Shown: positions 1-12,602, numbered from the stretch's first letter. The stretch: 64,000 nt of DNA from Neodothiora populina (GCF_041146345.1 NW_027191410.1:868001-932000); one strand, 5' to 3'. Program-made: numbers and translations. The notes: generated by a model not told the origin, from the sequence alone.

Positions 1-975
1 GATGCCAAGTTTGTCTTGGACATTGTCAAGCGCATGGATCCCAAAGAGAAGACACTGGCTATCTGGGAGAATAAGATTTCCAGCAAGTTGGACAGCATCG
101 GGGAAGACGATGCGCAGAGAGAAGTCACGGTCAAGGAGACACCCGGCAAAGCTGCCTCGACATCCACAAACAGCACTACAGCACCAAGTCAGCCGAGCCC
201 AGCCAGCAAGGATGCGCCAGCAAATGTGACAGCTGCAAGCGTCCAGACGCCGGCCAACAAAATCCGACACGACTGGTACCAGAGTAGCGACAACGTCACC
301 TTCACACTTCTCGTCAAGGGCGCACCCAAGGACGAGGCGATCGTTGACATACAGGAGGACTCCCTCAACATGTCTTTCCCACTCGTCACCGACTCTATCT
401 ATGAGTTCTCACTCGATCCGCTGTACGCACCGGTAGATGTATCGGCGTCACGATACACAGTCATGCCGAGCAAGATTGAAGTCATCCTCAAGAAGAAGCA
501 GCCGGGACAAAAGTGGCACAGCCTGGAGCAGAGTGATTCAACAGCCAGCGGCAACGCCGTCACCTCTCTGAGCACCGACAAGCAAGGATCTACCGCACAA
601 ACCAACAGCACCACCACCTCCGCAGGTGCCCAATCTACATCAACCGCAGCGAAAGGACCGGCGTATCCGACATCGTCGCGGAGCGGACCGAAAAACTGGG
701 ACAAGCTAGCACAGGAATTGACGACCAAGGAGAAAAGTGACGACGCCAAGGGAGATGGACTCAACGACGACGACCTAGACGATGGAGAGGGAGGCGACGA
801 GGTGAACAAGTTCTTCCAGAAGCTATACGCAGGCGCAGACCCGGACACACGGCGAGCAATGATGAAGAGCTTCTCCGAGAGCAACGGAACAGCACTGAGC
901 ACGAACTGGGAAGATGTCAAGAAGAAGAAGATGGAGACGACGCCGCCGGATGGAATGGAGGCTAGGAAATGGTAG
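1..975 (+). CDS. SGT1: SGT1 Hsp90 co-chaperone, 5'-partial (CS and SGS domains)
   Basis: CS domain (KIRHDWYQS...KIEVILKK) and SGS domain (YPTSSRSGPKNWDKL...FFQKLYAGADPDTRRAMMKSFSESNGTALSTNW); the gene probably starts before the window edge. Confidence 0.95.
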   Translation, partial: DAKFVLDIVKRMDPKEKTLAIWENKISSKLDSIGEDDAQREVTVKETPGKAASTSTNSTTAPSQPSPASKDAPANVTAASVQTPANKIRHDWYQSSDNVTFTLLVKGAPKDEAIVDIQEDSLNMSFPLVTDSIYEFSLDPLYAPVDVSASRYTVMPSKIEVILKKKQPGQKWHSLEQSDSTASGNAVTSLSTDKQGSTAQTNSTTTSAGAQSTSTAAKGPAYPTSSRSGPKNWDKLAQELTTKEKSDDAKGDGLNDDDLDDGEGGDEVNKFFQKLYAGADPDTRRAMMKSFSESNGTALSTNWEDVKKKKMETTPPDGMEARKW

Positions 976-1771
976 AGTTCAGGGCAACCGTGATCGTCAT
1001 CCTATTACCTGCAGACGCGATTAAGCAAGGCGTTTGGTATACTGTAGCAATGCAAGCAGCATTTCATCTTCTGGTCAACAAAAACAGCAAAGTCTAGCCC
1101 CCTTGAGCGTCCGAGCGCTCTCGCAGCCCTCAGAGATGCAACTGCAACGGTCTCAGATGGACAGACGCACCGGAAGCGCTAGTGGCGGCGCCTTCTCCCT
1201 TCTCCACATGTGGCATTCCTTCTGGTCATTACCTTACCTGACCGCTATGTGGCTTTTGTGCTGTTTCACAATTCTCCGTCTGAGCCAGATATACTTTTTT
1301 TTCGGTGGATGGAAATCATGACATGTGGACACGTTGGAGTCGTTATCGCTCGGACGATGCATCTCATATGGACATAGAGACCGTTCGCCCAAGATCAAGT
1401 AAACGCAAGTAGGAAAAGGGGGACCTGTGCACGTTCTAGTGGTCTGCCAAGTAAAGTACAGAAAGCTTTGTGCAGTAAGGTAATTACCTTACGTAGTCTA
1501 CGGTGTAGCAGTAAGCAAAGGGATTACCTTGGGTGCCTTAGTTTCGCAAATGCCGTAATGGTTGAAAAGTGTTGCAAGTGGTGCAGCTAGTTAACTGTAC
1601 TTTAAACCCTTGATTTACAATCTGAATCCAGATTATATTGCGGCAATGATGCTATTCTCGAGCCTACCGCGATCCAGTTACAGGAATACGCGCGACGAGC
1701 TCCAGGGTCTCTCTCCCATTTGCCAGGCTCTTAGGCTCTAAGGCTCAGGCACCCCTCATCAGCCACAGCAG

Positions 1772-1827
1772 CTAAGGTCTAAGGTCTAAGGTCTAAGGTC
1801 TGAGGTCTGAGGTCTGAGGTCTGAGGT
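1772..1827. repeat. 7-bp tandem repeat (CTAAGGT)4(CTGAGGT)4
   Basis: Read directly; lies upstream of calcineurin A. Confidence 0.95.
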
Positions 1828-1879
1828 ACTTGAAAGTTGGTGTAGTGTCATGCACTGCAACTTGTACCTCCGTAGCGTA

Positions 1880-1880
<1 letters not shown>

Positions 1881-1911
<31 letters not shown>

Positions 1912-1934
1912 CAACTGCTGCTGCTGCTGCTGCT
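1881..1934. repeat. (CT)n and (CTG)n microsatellites in the cnaA promoter/5' leader
   Basis: Read directly. Confidence 0.9.
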
Positions 1935-2230
1935 GTGCTGCCCTGTTTCGTGTACTGACTGTATCTTGCCTGCACTTGCATTTCCACTTGCACTCTTGTA
2001 CCATTCAATTTCATTCAACAATACACACTTCTCACGTTTCTCACACATTGTCAATTTCATCTCTTAAAACAAGACTCAAGCTCAAGTCAATCCTTCCGGA
2101 TCTCTTGTTCCTACTTGTAGCACCTTTTAAGACACACACACACACACCCGCCCACACACACGCGGTCGCCTCTCACGCTCATCCACTTGCCACACACTAA
2201 AAGCACGACTCACCCTGACTGCTCGGCAAG

Positions 2231-4082
2231 ATGGCTAGTGAAGGTGCTGAGAGTGACAACTACATCGAGAGCGCAGTGCGCGCTGTCACCAACAAGCGTC
2301 CTGTCCCAGAGATAGACTTTAGCCTGCACACAATGGAAGATGGCTCTCAAGTCAGCACCCTGGACAGAGTATGCAAAGGCAAGTCTCATCGACCCTGTCT
2401 CTTGTTTTCTCTCTCTCTCCTTCTCTTCACTTCCTGCTGTCAACAAGTCCCGACTGACATCTCTCGCCTTTCGCCACACAGATGTGCAAGCGCCCGCCTT
2501 CCATCCTCCCACAGATGAACAGTTCTTCGCGCCCAACGATCGCTCCAAGCCGAACCTCCAATTTCTCAAGCATCACTTCTACCGCGAGGGACGACTGACC
2601 GAGGACCAAGCACTATGGATCATCAACGAGGGAACCAAGATCCTCGAGAGAGAGCCCAACCTGCTGGAGATGGATGCTCCTATCACAGTGTGCGGAGACG
2701 TGCACGGCCAGTACTACGACCTGATGAAGCTCTTCGAGGTTGGCGGCGACCCGGCAGACACGAGGTATCTGTTTCTCGGAGACTACGTCGACCGAGGCTA
2801 TTTCAGCATAGAGTGCGTCCTCTACCTCTGGTCCCTCAAGATCTGGTATCCCAACACTCTCTGGCTGTTGCGCGGCAACCACGAGTGTCGCCACTTGACC
2901 GACTACTTCACCTTCAAGCTCGAGTGCAAGCACAAGTACTCGGAAAACGTCTACGAAGCCTGCATGAAATCCTTCTGTGCCTTGCCCCTGGCCGCCGTCA
3001 TGAACAAACAGTTTTTGTGCATCCACGGAGGTCTGAGTCCCGAGCTGCACACTCTCGAGGATCTCAAGAGCATCGATCGTTTCCGCGAACCCCCCACCCA
3101 CGGTCTCATGTGCGATCTCCTCTGGGCCGATCCTCTTGAGGACTTTGGACAAGAGAAGACGCAGGAATACTTTGTGCACAACCACGTCAGAGGATGCTCC
3201 TACTTTTTCTCATACCCCGCCGCCTGCGCCTTCCTCGAAAAGAACAACTTGCTCTCCATCATTCGTGCACACGAGGCTCAAGACGCCGGATATCGCATGT
3301 ACCGCAAGACAAGGACCACCGGATTTCCCAGTGTCATGACCATCTTCAGCGCCCCCAACTACCTTGACGTCTACAACAACAAGGCCGCCGTGCTCAAGTA
3401 TGAGAACAATGTTATGAACATTCGTCAGTTCAACTGCACTCCTCATCCCTATTGGCTTCCCAATTTCATGGATGTCTTCACCTGGTCTCTGCCCTTCGTC
3501 GGCGAGAAAATTACCGATATGCTCATCGCCATTCTCAACACCTGCAGCAAGGAAGAGCTCGAGGACGAGACCCCTCTTTCCTCCGGCCCCCACTCGCCAA
3601 CCTCTTCCATCAACACCAGCACCGCTGGCATGGACCCCGACAGCACCGAGTTCAAGCGTCGTGCCATCAAAAACAAGATTCTCGCCATCGGACGTCTGTC
3701 CCGCGTCTTCCAGGTCTTGCGCGAGGAGTCGGAACGCGTCACCGAGCTCAAGACTGCCAGTGGTGGAAGACTGCCGGCCGGAACCCTCATGCTTGGCGCT
3801 GAAGGTATCAAGGCAGCCATCACCAACTTCGAGGATGCACGAAAGGTCGATTTGCAGAACGAGAGACTGCCGCCCACCGGCGAAGAAGTCAGGAGGAACA
3901 GCGATGCCGCCAGGGAGCAAGCCATTCAGCGTGCTACGAGAGAGGCCGATAATGACCAAAAGCTAGCAGGTGTCGCGCGAAGGATAAGCATGTAAGTTTT
4001 TGAGTTGTATCTATCATCTACAAGAACCCCTACTGATTTTGCCCCTAGGTCTTCCGGATCGCGTGTCAGCAGGAAGAGCTGA
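2231..4082 (+). CDS. cnaA: Calcineurin catalytic subunit A (PP2B); exons 2231-2378, 2482-3991, 4049-4082
   Basis: PPP motifs GDVHG, GDYVDRG, RGNHE, SAPNY; CnB-binding [11 protein letters not shown]; calmodulin-binding [15 protein letters not shown]; autoinhibitory [16 protein letters not shown]. Introns inferred from splice signals and frame. Confidence 0.97.
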
Positions 4083-4887
4083 ACACATTCCACCTGATCC
4101 TTTTAGTTCTGTAGCGACACGGCGTTGTCAGTACACCTCAAGCATCTTTATTTCCGACGCACGAGCTCAGGTTAGCTCAGCGTGCGTGGTTCACGGCCTC
4201 CGATACAGAGAGAAAGCAGCACAGGAAAAGAGAGAAAATAAGCAAGAAAGGACGAGACGGAGACACTCCTACGACGAGACAACATTAGAAAGTTTCACCT
4301 TGAGATATGACGTTGTGCTTTTCTGGAGGAAGGAAGGTTTGTCTTGACACACACACACACAACTATATATTCAATTTTCTTCTTCTCTTCCTGCTTCTTG
4401 CTTGCTTGCTTGCATACCCGATCGTATTCGTCCCATCAAATATTCCAGCAATATACCTCTGTCCTCCCGTGTTTATGGAGTGTGAATATATGGATAATAC
4501 ACAAGGTTTTCACTTCTAGGTGGACTCGCCACCTTCCCTACATGTAACTGTTCCTTGCTTCATTCCTTCGCAGTGAAGCAAAAACTGAAAAGCAAGAGCA
4601 AGGGCTGCTACTTTCGATGAAGCCGAACCTCATCAAGTCTCTTTCTCATTCACCATACGTCCTATCTTGTTCCCTCTGGACTCGCTACAGTCTGATCGCG
4701 AACCTCGTCCTGATCATCCCCATACGTCATCGTTTGCACAACGATCTTTGGCTTTCCTCACTTCTTTGTCAAGAGACAGAACCAACGAGTCCGACAGAAG
4801 GAACCACTATTCAAAACTTCATCAGTAACCCTATCTCACACTGTCCGCATATCCTTGCATTTCCATATCGCCCCATATCCGCTGCTG

Positions 4888-6547
4888 CTACAACTCGATA
4901 GCGAACCTCGTCCTGATCCTCTCACCGAAATAGAAAAACAGAAGCGGCGCAGGACTGATGACAACCGCAAGGAACGCAAACACCGATATTCCCCACCCGT
5001 AACCCAGCCTGTCGAAAAGACCGGGAGCGAGCAGCGGCACAATGCCGCCGAACACGCTTCTGAAGACAGCTCCAGCGGCTATGGCCGACGCGGCGTATTT
5101 CTCGAAACTGTCGATGTAGTAGTTCTGCACGGTGTTGAGGATCATGACCTGGCCGATACCGTAGAAGAAAGTCGACGCGATGGTGACGAGCCAGTGCGTG
5201 TGGTACTCGACCGTCCATGCGAACCAGAACAGTGACAGAGGGATGCAGACGGCGCCGATGTTTGCGAGCGGCAGGCGGAACTCGGGTTTGGGTTTGTGGT
5301 CTTTTTGAGCGGCGCCGAGACGATTGTAGATCTTGTCGATCTGGGGCACGAGGAACCATACTGAGGTTAGGAAACCTAGACCGGGCCCGAGGTAGAGCAG
5401 GCCGACTTGCTCGGTTGTGAAGCCGTATCCACCTTGGTAGATTGGCTGCATGTTGGTGTAGAGGGAGTAGGTGGTCCCGAAGATCAGGGCTTGGTAGATG
5501 GACATTGTGAGCACGATGGGCTGAGAGATGATCAGGAAGGGCCGCTTGAGAGAGTGTAAGAGTTTCCGGCCTAGTGGTCGCTCGTCTTGTCCTTCGTGTC
5601 GGTATTGGCCTGGTGAGTTTGTCTCGTGCTCAAGCTTGTCTTTGCGCGTCTCGAGGATCGTCGGCGCATATGTCTCGCGCAGGAAGAAGTAGCCGATCAG
5701 CGTGTTGATGCCGCATACAATTGTCAGTATCCAGAACACCCATCGCCAGCTCAGACGTTGTACTATGATGCCGCCGAATAGAGGGCCGAGAGTGGGTCCT
5801 AGCAAGGGACCGAGTAGATACCAACCAAAGATGCCGGCACGCTCAGCTGGCAAAAACATACTGTTCGGGTCATGTCAGCCTCCAGTCAGTGGCGCAAATG
5901 GAAAAACAGAAGAACTCACTCGCTTATGGTACCGCCTCCATTAGCAATACCCACACTACCAAAAAACCCAGACAACGTACGCATGCTGATCAGCGTAGCG
6001 ACATTGGGACTGAGAGCAGAAGGAATCTGTAAGAGAGAGAAAACAGCAAAGCAGACAATATAGAGCTTCCGTCTCCCAAAAGTCTCGGACAGAGGAGCGA
6101 GGAAGAGAGGCCCTACTCCCAGCATAATGACAAAGCCCGTAGTCGTCGCAATGACTGTTTTGGGTGTCGTCTTGAGGTCGTCGGCGATTTGTTGGATGCC
6201 AGGTGTGAACATACTCGATGCCAGCGGACTGAGGACTACATTCGTTTGACCGATCAGCGACCCATCCCAAGTAGGATAAGAAGAGTAAACATACCAGACA
6301 TGATAGCGATGATAGCAACATTGATCATCTTCTTCCGTCTAGGCCACTGCCTCGGATTGTCCTGATCTTCGTCTTTGAATCGCACCAGTTCTCGGCCATC
6401 GCCACCCTCTCCACCGTCGACGTGACCATTTCGCAATAGTGGCGCGCGTTCGTCGCTTTCGTCTTCTTGTCTGTCGTTTTGAGCACGACCATGACCATGC
6501 CTTCGCTGCTCCTCGTCGGGTCGTGAATCAGCGTCTCTCGTCATCAT
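4888..6547 (-). CDS. MFS transporter, DHA1 (drug:H+ antiporter) family; introns ~6236-6294 and ~5861-5918
   Basis: DNPRQWPRRKK, APLSETFGRRKLY, PEFRL and YAASAIAA motifs; many TM segments. Confidence 0.92.
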
Positions 6548-6825
6548 GTTTTTCTTTTCTGCGTCTTCCTTTCTCTTCTTCTTCTTCTTCTATACCGATG
6601 TACAGAGAACAATCAACCCAGCCAGGAACCGCCAAAGAAAGAATCAAAAAGCAACAACAAGAAGCAAGAGTAGCCAAACCAAGACAAAAGGTATGTATAT
6701 TATGTCTTACTTTTCTCAGGACAGACCTACAATTATAATAATGTCTTTATTGTACACACTATTTTACAAAGACATGAGATAAAGGTACAGCAACTATTCC
6801 TACATGAATCATGAAGAAAATACCT

Positions 6826-6850
6826 TTGCCTTGCCTTGCCTTGCCTTGCC
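6826..6850. repeat. (TTGCC)5 microsatellite
   Basis: Read directly. Confidence 0.9.
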
Positions 6851-7314
6851 TTACACTACTTACCTTTTTGCCTCGATACTTTTAGCGCGAAGGTTTGGGA
6901 GTGTGATGACGTTCGCTACACTTCTAGGGTAGTGTACAGTTGAAGATAAGCTAGGGTACAGTACAGTACAGTACCCGGAGACGGGAAGTGCAGTAGAGTC
7001 GAGGGTACCTTACTGTACCTTACCTCATCGTACATTTGAAACAATCGACAGGCCTCCCAGCACGCGTTGGCGCATCTTACTTGGATCCTAGCCGTGGGCC
7101 TGAAGTTGCTTTAAAGTTGTGCTGTGATTTGCAATTATTATTGATCATGACCGCACCAGTACGCTTAAAGCCGGAGTTGCTGCAGCGTGTATATATAATA
7201 TCTTCGTACATTGATTCCAGCTTTCGCTATGCATTCATGTGGACTTGCTTTGATCTACATTTTGATTTCATTTCTAGTCCGTGTCAAGTATAAGTCAACA
7301 CACACTGATTACAT

Positions 7315-9891
7315 TCACCGCCTCGAGAGCTGCTTGATCATCCTGTCAATCTCCACCACAGATTGGCCTGACGCTTTATCACGCAATTGCTCCAGTGCAT
7401 CGAGATTCTTCGCCTTCAATGCCTCCTCTGCAGCTTTCACAATGAGCCCGCACTTGGTATACAACTCGATGCGATCTTCGACAGAGCGCCCTGTGCATTT
7501 GGGCACGAAAGCCGATGCTAATTTGCTGTTTCCTGCCGATAGGATCTCGTTGACGAATGGCTGTCACACAATGTTAGTTTTTCTGTCCCCAGAGCAATTT
7601 TGCGGAAAAGAACTTACCTCCCAGCCGATCGGACTCTTTCGCGTCTTGCTGATGTCCTCTAGCTCGCGCCAATCACGGCGAGAGACCAGCGCTCTGAGCC
7701 TAAGCCACCAGTATGTCTTCTCGGATACCTTGAACTCTGACTGCACCTTCTGACTGCGCTTGACGTTGCCCAGTCTGATCAATTTGTAAATTGTTTCGTT
7801 CACGCTCAGCCCTATGAAATGTTCGTTTAGTTCGCGCTGATACACTTCTTGCATCTTCAGTAGACGCTGCGTCTCGTCGATTGCTTTAACTTGGAATGTG
7901 TGTTCCCTAGAGTCTTCCAAGATTCGTGAAGCAGACTTCAACTTGTCCGACTCCTGAGTAGAATCGGTGATGGAAAGAGCTTCTTTCAGAAGCAAGTTGG
8001 ATCCATCAAGACGTCGATCGTCTTGGTAGAATAGATCCTTGAGCAGCTCTTGGTCTTGATCCCACGCTGATGACTCGACAAGATGCGTCGCAACCGCACG
8101 GCCATTGATGGCACGGAAGAAGCTGGCCAGCGGGAGCTTTTTCTTTAGATGGAGCAGCACGTGATACACCAGGTCGGTATCTCCGCTGTCGATAGCCTTG
8201 TCGAGAGCCAGAGAATCTTCCTCGACCTCTAACAATAGAGGCACCTGCTTTCCAGCGCGGGGTTCGTGCTCGAGGAGTTCGGTCGCGAGTTTTCCGCGGC
8301 CTTCCTCGTAAGCGGCTTGTGCGATTTCTTCGAATGAGATACCCCGCTTGCCTCCCAAACGTTGCACGATCTCGGCGCAGATGTCGTCCTCTTCACCTGT
8401 CGAGCTACGTACTTTCTGCCGTGCCCAGTGAACGTATATTCTGTCCATGGGTAGAGTGAGGTGCTCCGAGATTTTGAGAGCAAGGAGATGCTCCTTGCGG
8501 TTCAGCAGTCTCTGTATTAGACGTTCCGGTGTAAGTCGCATATATTGATCGTAGGTAAGCGGAAGGCCGATTTCGAAGAAGCGAACGGCATTCAAAACGC
8601 GAAGCACTTCGCACATGTCGACGAAGTCATCGCTGTTGTACAGGTCGAGAACAGACTTTCCGAACGAGGCAGCTTTCAACAACTGCTTCTGCCAGTGGAT
8701 ACTGTATTCGTGGCCAGCGGCACGCACGCAGGTGTCAATAGCATCGTCGAGATAAGGTCGGATGAGCTGGATATTATCATCGGCCTTCGGTGATTTCTTC
8801 TCCAGTAGATCCACAGCGTCAAGTAGTACAGAGGCCGGCGATGTCGAACCGAAACGGAACACCTCTTCTGAGACGTCAGGCACTTTCTGGATGAACTCGC
8901 AGGCGTCGTTTGTGAAGATTCTGATGCCATCGACATCAGGAGATAGGTGGACGAAAGAATCGTAGTAATGCTTTGCAGCAGAACCGCTAGGTCCAACGAG
9001 ATGTATTTCATCCTCCCAGGCAAGAACGACAGCGTTATTGCCACACCATTGGAGATCCTTGGGAGGAGTCTTGACACGGGCGTCGTATTCTGTAAGACGA
9101 TTCTCAAAGTCACTGCTGATTACCCACACCTTTCCAGCATCAGTGTAGAGAGCGAGGAGTTTACCGTTAGGAGAAACGGCAACATGACGGAAGGGGCCGT
9201 TCTGTAGCTTCCTGTCCTGGGCTTCTGAGGCATCTACGATCATGATGGTATTGTCGATAGCTACAACGGCTTCGACAGAGCGAGACAGGGTATGTGCCGG
9301 AGCGATAATGGCCCACGAGAATATCTCGTCTCCAGGTGGTGTAGGGAGGAGTGAAGGGCGGGGTTCGTCATATCTAGTGACCGAGACAAGCTGGTTATTG
9401 CCCAGAAGGGCGACAAAGCCTGAGGACCAGAAGCGGCATGACTTGACACCATGCTCCTCTGCGCCGTGGCCGAGGGTGAAAGGCACAAAGTCTCCTCCAA
9501 GGTCGTGGTATATCCTCACAGTGCCATCACTTGTGACAACAATCAGTCTCTCGTCTTCCGACCAGCCAAGTCCTTGGATGGCGCCTTTATCCCAGTTCAC
9601 ACGATGGATTAGTTTCCCAGAACAGGAGTATATATCAATCGACGGGCGGAGGTTCTGCGCATTCCGGAAAGTGTAGAGCTTGTTCTCGTCGCGGTAGATG
9701 GCTATCTGGGCACGTCAGTGCCATTGAAGACTCGACTGGCATTACGTCGCACCTACAGCGCCACTCAGTGGTGCACCTGCGACCACATAGTTCTCCAGCT
9801 CAAGATCTGCATCAAAGACAGATGTGTATAGCTGGACTTTGCGATAGAAGCGGTCGCCTATCCGCTCCCAGTCAGCCGTGGGTTTCGACAT
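7315..9891 (-). CDS. VPS16: Vps16, HOPS/CORVET subunit; introns ~9702-9756 and 7561-7617
   Basis: N-terminus MSKPTADWERIGDRFYRK; QKQLLKAASFGK; KAIDSGDTDLVY; RKSPIGWEPF across the intron. Confidence 0.95.
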
Positions 9892-10402
9892 GTCACGACC
9901 TCCTCATTGCCATGCGGTAGTGTTGTTATCGAGGGGATCCCAGCTCTGGCGGAACTGTCTTTGTGCTCTTGATGGGAATATCAGATAGACCTAGGTTTCT
10001 ACCCACAACATACAGTGTTGTACAGTATGTCATAGCATCTTCTGGTCTGTGCGCCGACCTTACAGTATACAGCACCTTCCCCAACATAGTAAATAACTTG
10101 AGTATGACTTGCCTAACCTAATGTACAGTACCTTCCTTGCCTGCGCACAGTATCTTACACGCTTCACACATAAGCGCATACCGTGACTTATACTAGGATG
10201 TCAATACCCCTCCGTACTGCTTGAACCCAGCGCATGGCCATGGTCTGACGTTTTGCTTCCAATCATTCGGCAGCGCAGGCCTGTGTTCCCCCCACTCTAC
10301 ATTTTCTACTCCCCATATGACAACTATCCGCACTCCGTCATATAATATCTGTCCTTCTGACCATAGCACTGTCATGCCCTTGAGAGCATTGCGCCCACAA
10401 CC

Positions 10403-11476
10403 ATGCATAATCCTTTCCTGAGCACACCGACGCAGAAGCCGGGCCATGGCTCTGTCCATCTCGCTTTGCTTCCCCCCGCAACTCCTGTTCTGCAGAATAT
10501 GACTTACCAATACCCGCTCAAGCTCATCTCTCCGGCCCCCTTGACATTGACATGGCGCGGTGAATCGGACCATGGACAACAGGAGTCTGGCATACACCTT
10601 TCGCGGATCATCCATACACTCTACCTCTTGACATATGGAGGAGGAATCGTCGCCGGAGACGAGATATCTCTGTCCATAACATTGGCACCGCAGACACATC
10701 TCGTTCTCTTGACCCAAGGCAGCACCAAGATCTTCAAGTCACCGAGGCGAGATCTGCTTTCGTGCCAAAACATGGCTGTCTCCATAGCGCCCGGCGCAAG
10801 CCTCGTGTACCTGCCGGATCCAGTGCAGCCTTTCGAGCGGAGCTGCTTTCGACAAGAACAAGTGTACAATCTCCTTCCTCCTGGAAGTGAAGGTGCTAAG
10901 CGAGGGAACCTATGTGTTTTGGACTGGGCATCTCGTGGACGCGCAGCCAATGGTGAAGACTGGACTTTTTGGACGTATGCTAGTAAGAACGAGATACATC
11001 TGGATCCAGGCAATGACAGCACGAAGGGAAGCAAGAGATTACTTTTGAGGGACAGCTTGCTCCTCGAGGTTGGAAGCGAGGAGGATAATGCAGGAAGCAT
11101 TTCAAAGCGAATGGATGGCATGGGCGTCTTCGGCACACTCATCATCTATGGGCCATTGTTCGATCGGTTGGGCGCCTTCTTCATGGACGAATTCAAGAGC
11201 TTGCCTAGGATCGGAGGAAGGGGCAACTGGGACACAGGCAGCGGAGACGAAGAGGAGCCAGAAGACAACGCAAAGAAACGAGCCAGGGCAGTGCGACAGC
11301 GACGAGAGACCGTCGATGGCGTATTGTGGTCTTCGGCAGCAGTCAGAGGCTGTGTGCTGGTCAAGTTCGGCGCACGAGAAGTCGAAGGCGCACGGAATTG
11401 GTTGAGGAGCATGCTCGAGTTCGAGGGTACTGTAGTCGACCAATTCGGCGAGAGGGCACTGATGTGTCTGAGATGA
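10403..11476 (+). CDS. ureD: Urease accessory protein UreD
   Basis: YQYPLKL, LLTYGGGIVAGD, LLTQGSTKIFK, LPDPVQPF, DW.SRGRAANGE. Confidence 0.93.
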   Translation: MHNPFLSTPTQKPGHGSVHLALLPPATPVLQNMTYQYPLKLISPAPLTLTWRGESDHGQQESGIHLSRIIHTLYLLTYGGGIVAGDEISLSITLAPQTHLVLLTQGSTKIFKSPRRDLLSCQNMAVSIAPGASLVYLPDPVQPFERSCFRQEQVYNLLPPGSEGAKRGNLCVLDWASRGRAANGEDWTFWTYASKNEIHLDPGNDSTKGSKRLLLRDSLLLEVGSEEDNAGSISKRMDGMGVFGTLIIYGPLFDRLGAFFMDEFKSLPRIGGRGNWDTGSGDEEEPEDNAKKRARAVRQRRETVDGVLWSSAAVRGCVLVKFGAREVEGARNWLRSMLEFEGTVVDQFGERALMCLR

Positions 11477-11587
11477 TTGGAAAAGGTCTTTGATTTTCTT
11501 CATTATACCCGGCAATTTCTCCATGCCTCGCGCCTTGTACAGGATAGATAGAGCAGCCGAGCTATGACATGATGATATGACATGGAC

Positions 11588-12602
11588 TCATCCGGAACCA
11601 CGTCCCATGAGCGCTCGGTATTGCTCGATGATGCTTTTTCTTTCGGCACCGAGTTCCTCTCTCCTCTTCAACGAACCCGCGGCGTTCGGCACATCTAACA
11701 CATCCACCCGAGCGTTGTTCTTCATCTTAAACTTCTCCTTGGGCTTGACTGTGAACTCTGGCGGGGCTTGCGCAACATCATGTAGTCCCTTTGGCGCGTT
11801 CCTCTTCTTGTTCAGTTCCGCCCAAGGGTCCTCTTTGTCTGCCTTTTGCTCGCCGATCATGCGACGTCTGCGCTTGCCACCTCCCATGACAGGCATCAGC
11901 GTGTCTTCGCCGTACATGGCTTTCTGCTCTTCCTGCTCTTCCTCGCGCTCCTCGGCCTCTTCCTCAGCCTTTTCCTTGATGCGCTCATCCTCCTTGCGCC
12001 AATCATCATACATCTTATGCATTCGCTTCTCCGTCTTCGTCCGACGCTCCTTGATACCAGCGATTTTTCCCTTTCGCGCAAGACCAGACACCGGCAGGGC
12101 TTGATCGACACGGGCGTTGAAGTCTCGCAGTTTCTCTCCAGGCATGATCTTAGGGACATCCGCCACAGGCTCGATCTTGGACTTTGGCGGCGGCGGAGGG
12201 TTGACGGACGATTTCTTCTTCTTGCCGTCGTCCTTTTCTTCTCTTTTCCGCTTCTTGCTCGCTCGCTCGCCGTTGTCTAGCCCGCTGGGCAGTCGGCCCG
12301 TGGCTTTCTGTCGCTGCAAAAGTCGCGCGAAGGCTTTGGGCGTGTCGTCGAACGAATACTCTTTCTCGCCGCCTTGCTGTGCTTTCGATGCCTTTTCTGT
12401 CTTGGACTTCTTGCCTGAGCTGGTGAAGACGGTTGCCGCGTTCTTGCCCACCGGTAGCGATCTGGCTACGGAGGTCGGGGGTAGGTTGTAGCTATTAGGG
12501 TGAGTGTCAGTCCGTCGGGTCACCTTTCGGTGATGGCATGGTAGAAGAAAAGATAACGTACTGCGCATCGTTGTCGTCTCTCCTTCTGTGCTTGTGCGGC
12601 AT
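11588..12602 (-). CDS. Conserved fungal basic/charged hypothetical protein (probably nuclear/nucleolar); intron 12492-12561
   Basis: Spliced start MPHKHRRRDDNDAH-YNLPP; motifs DDTPKAFARL, KIMPGEKLRDFNARVD, RKSIIEQYRALM. Confidence 0.8.

Noticed and set aside
1772..1827. Repeat arrays as CRISPR or interstitial telomere
   Set aside because: No spacers, eukaryotic context, and the unit differs from TTAGGG
2613..3959. Long antisense ORFs over cnaA (also over the TF, DCP2 and the pseudouridine synthase)
   Set aside because: Typical shadows of codon bias on the opposite strand
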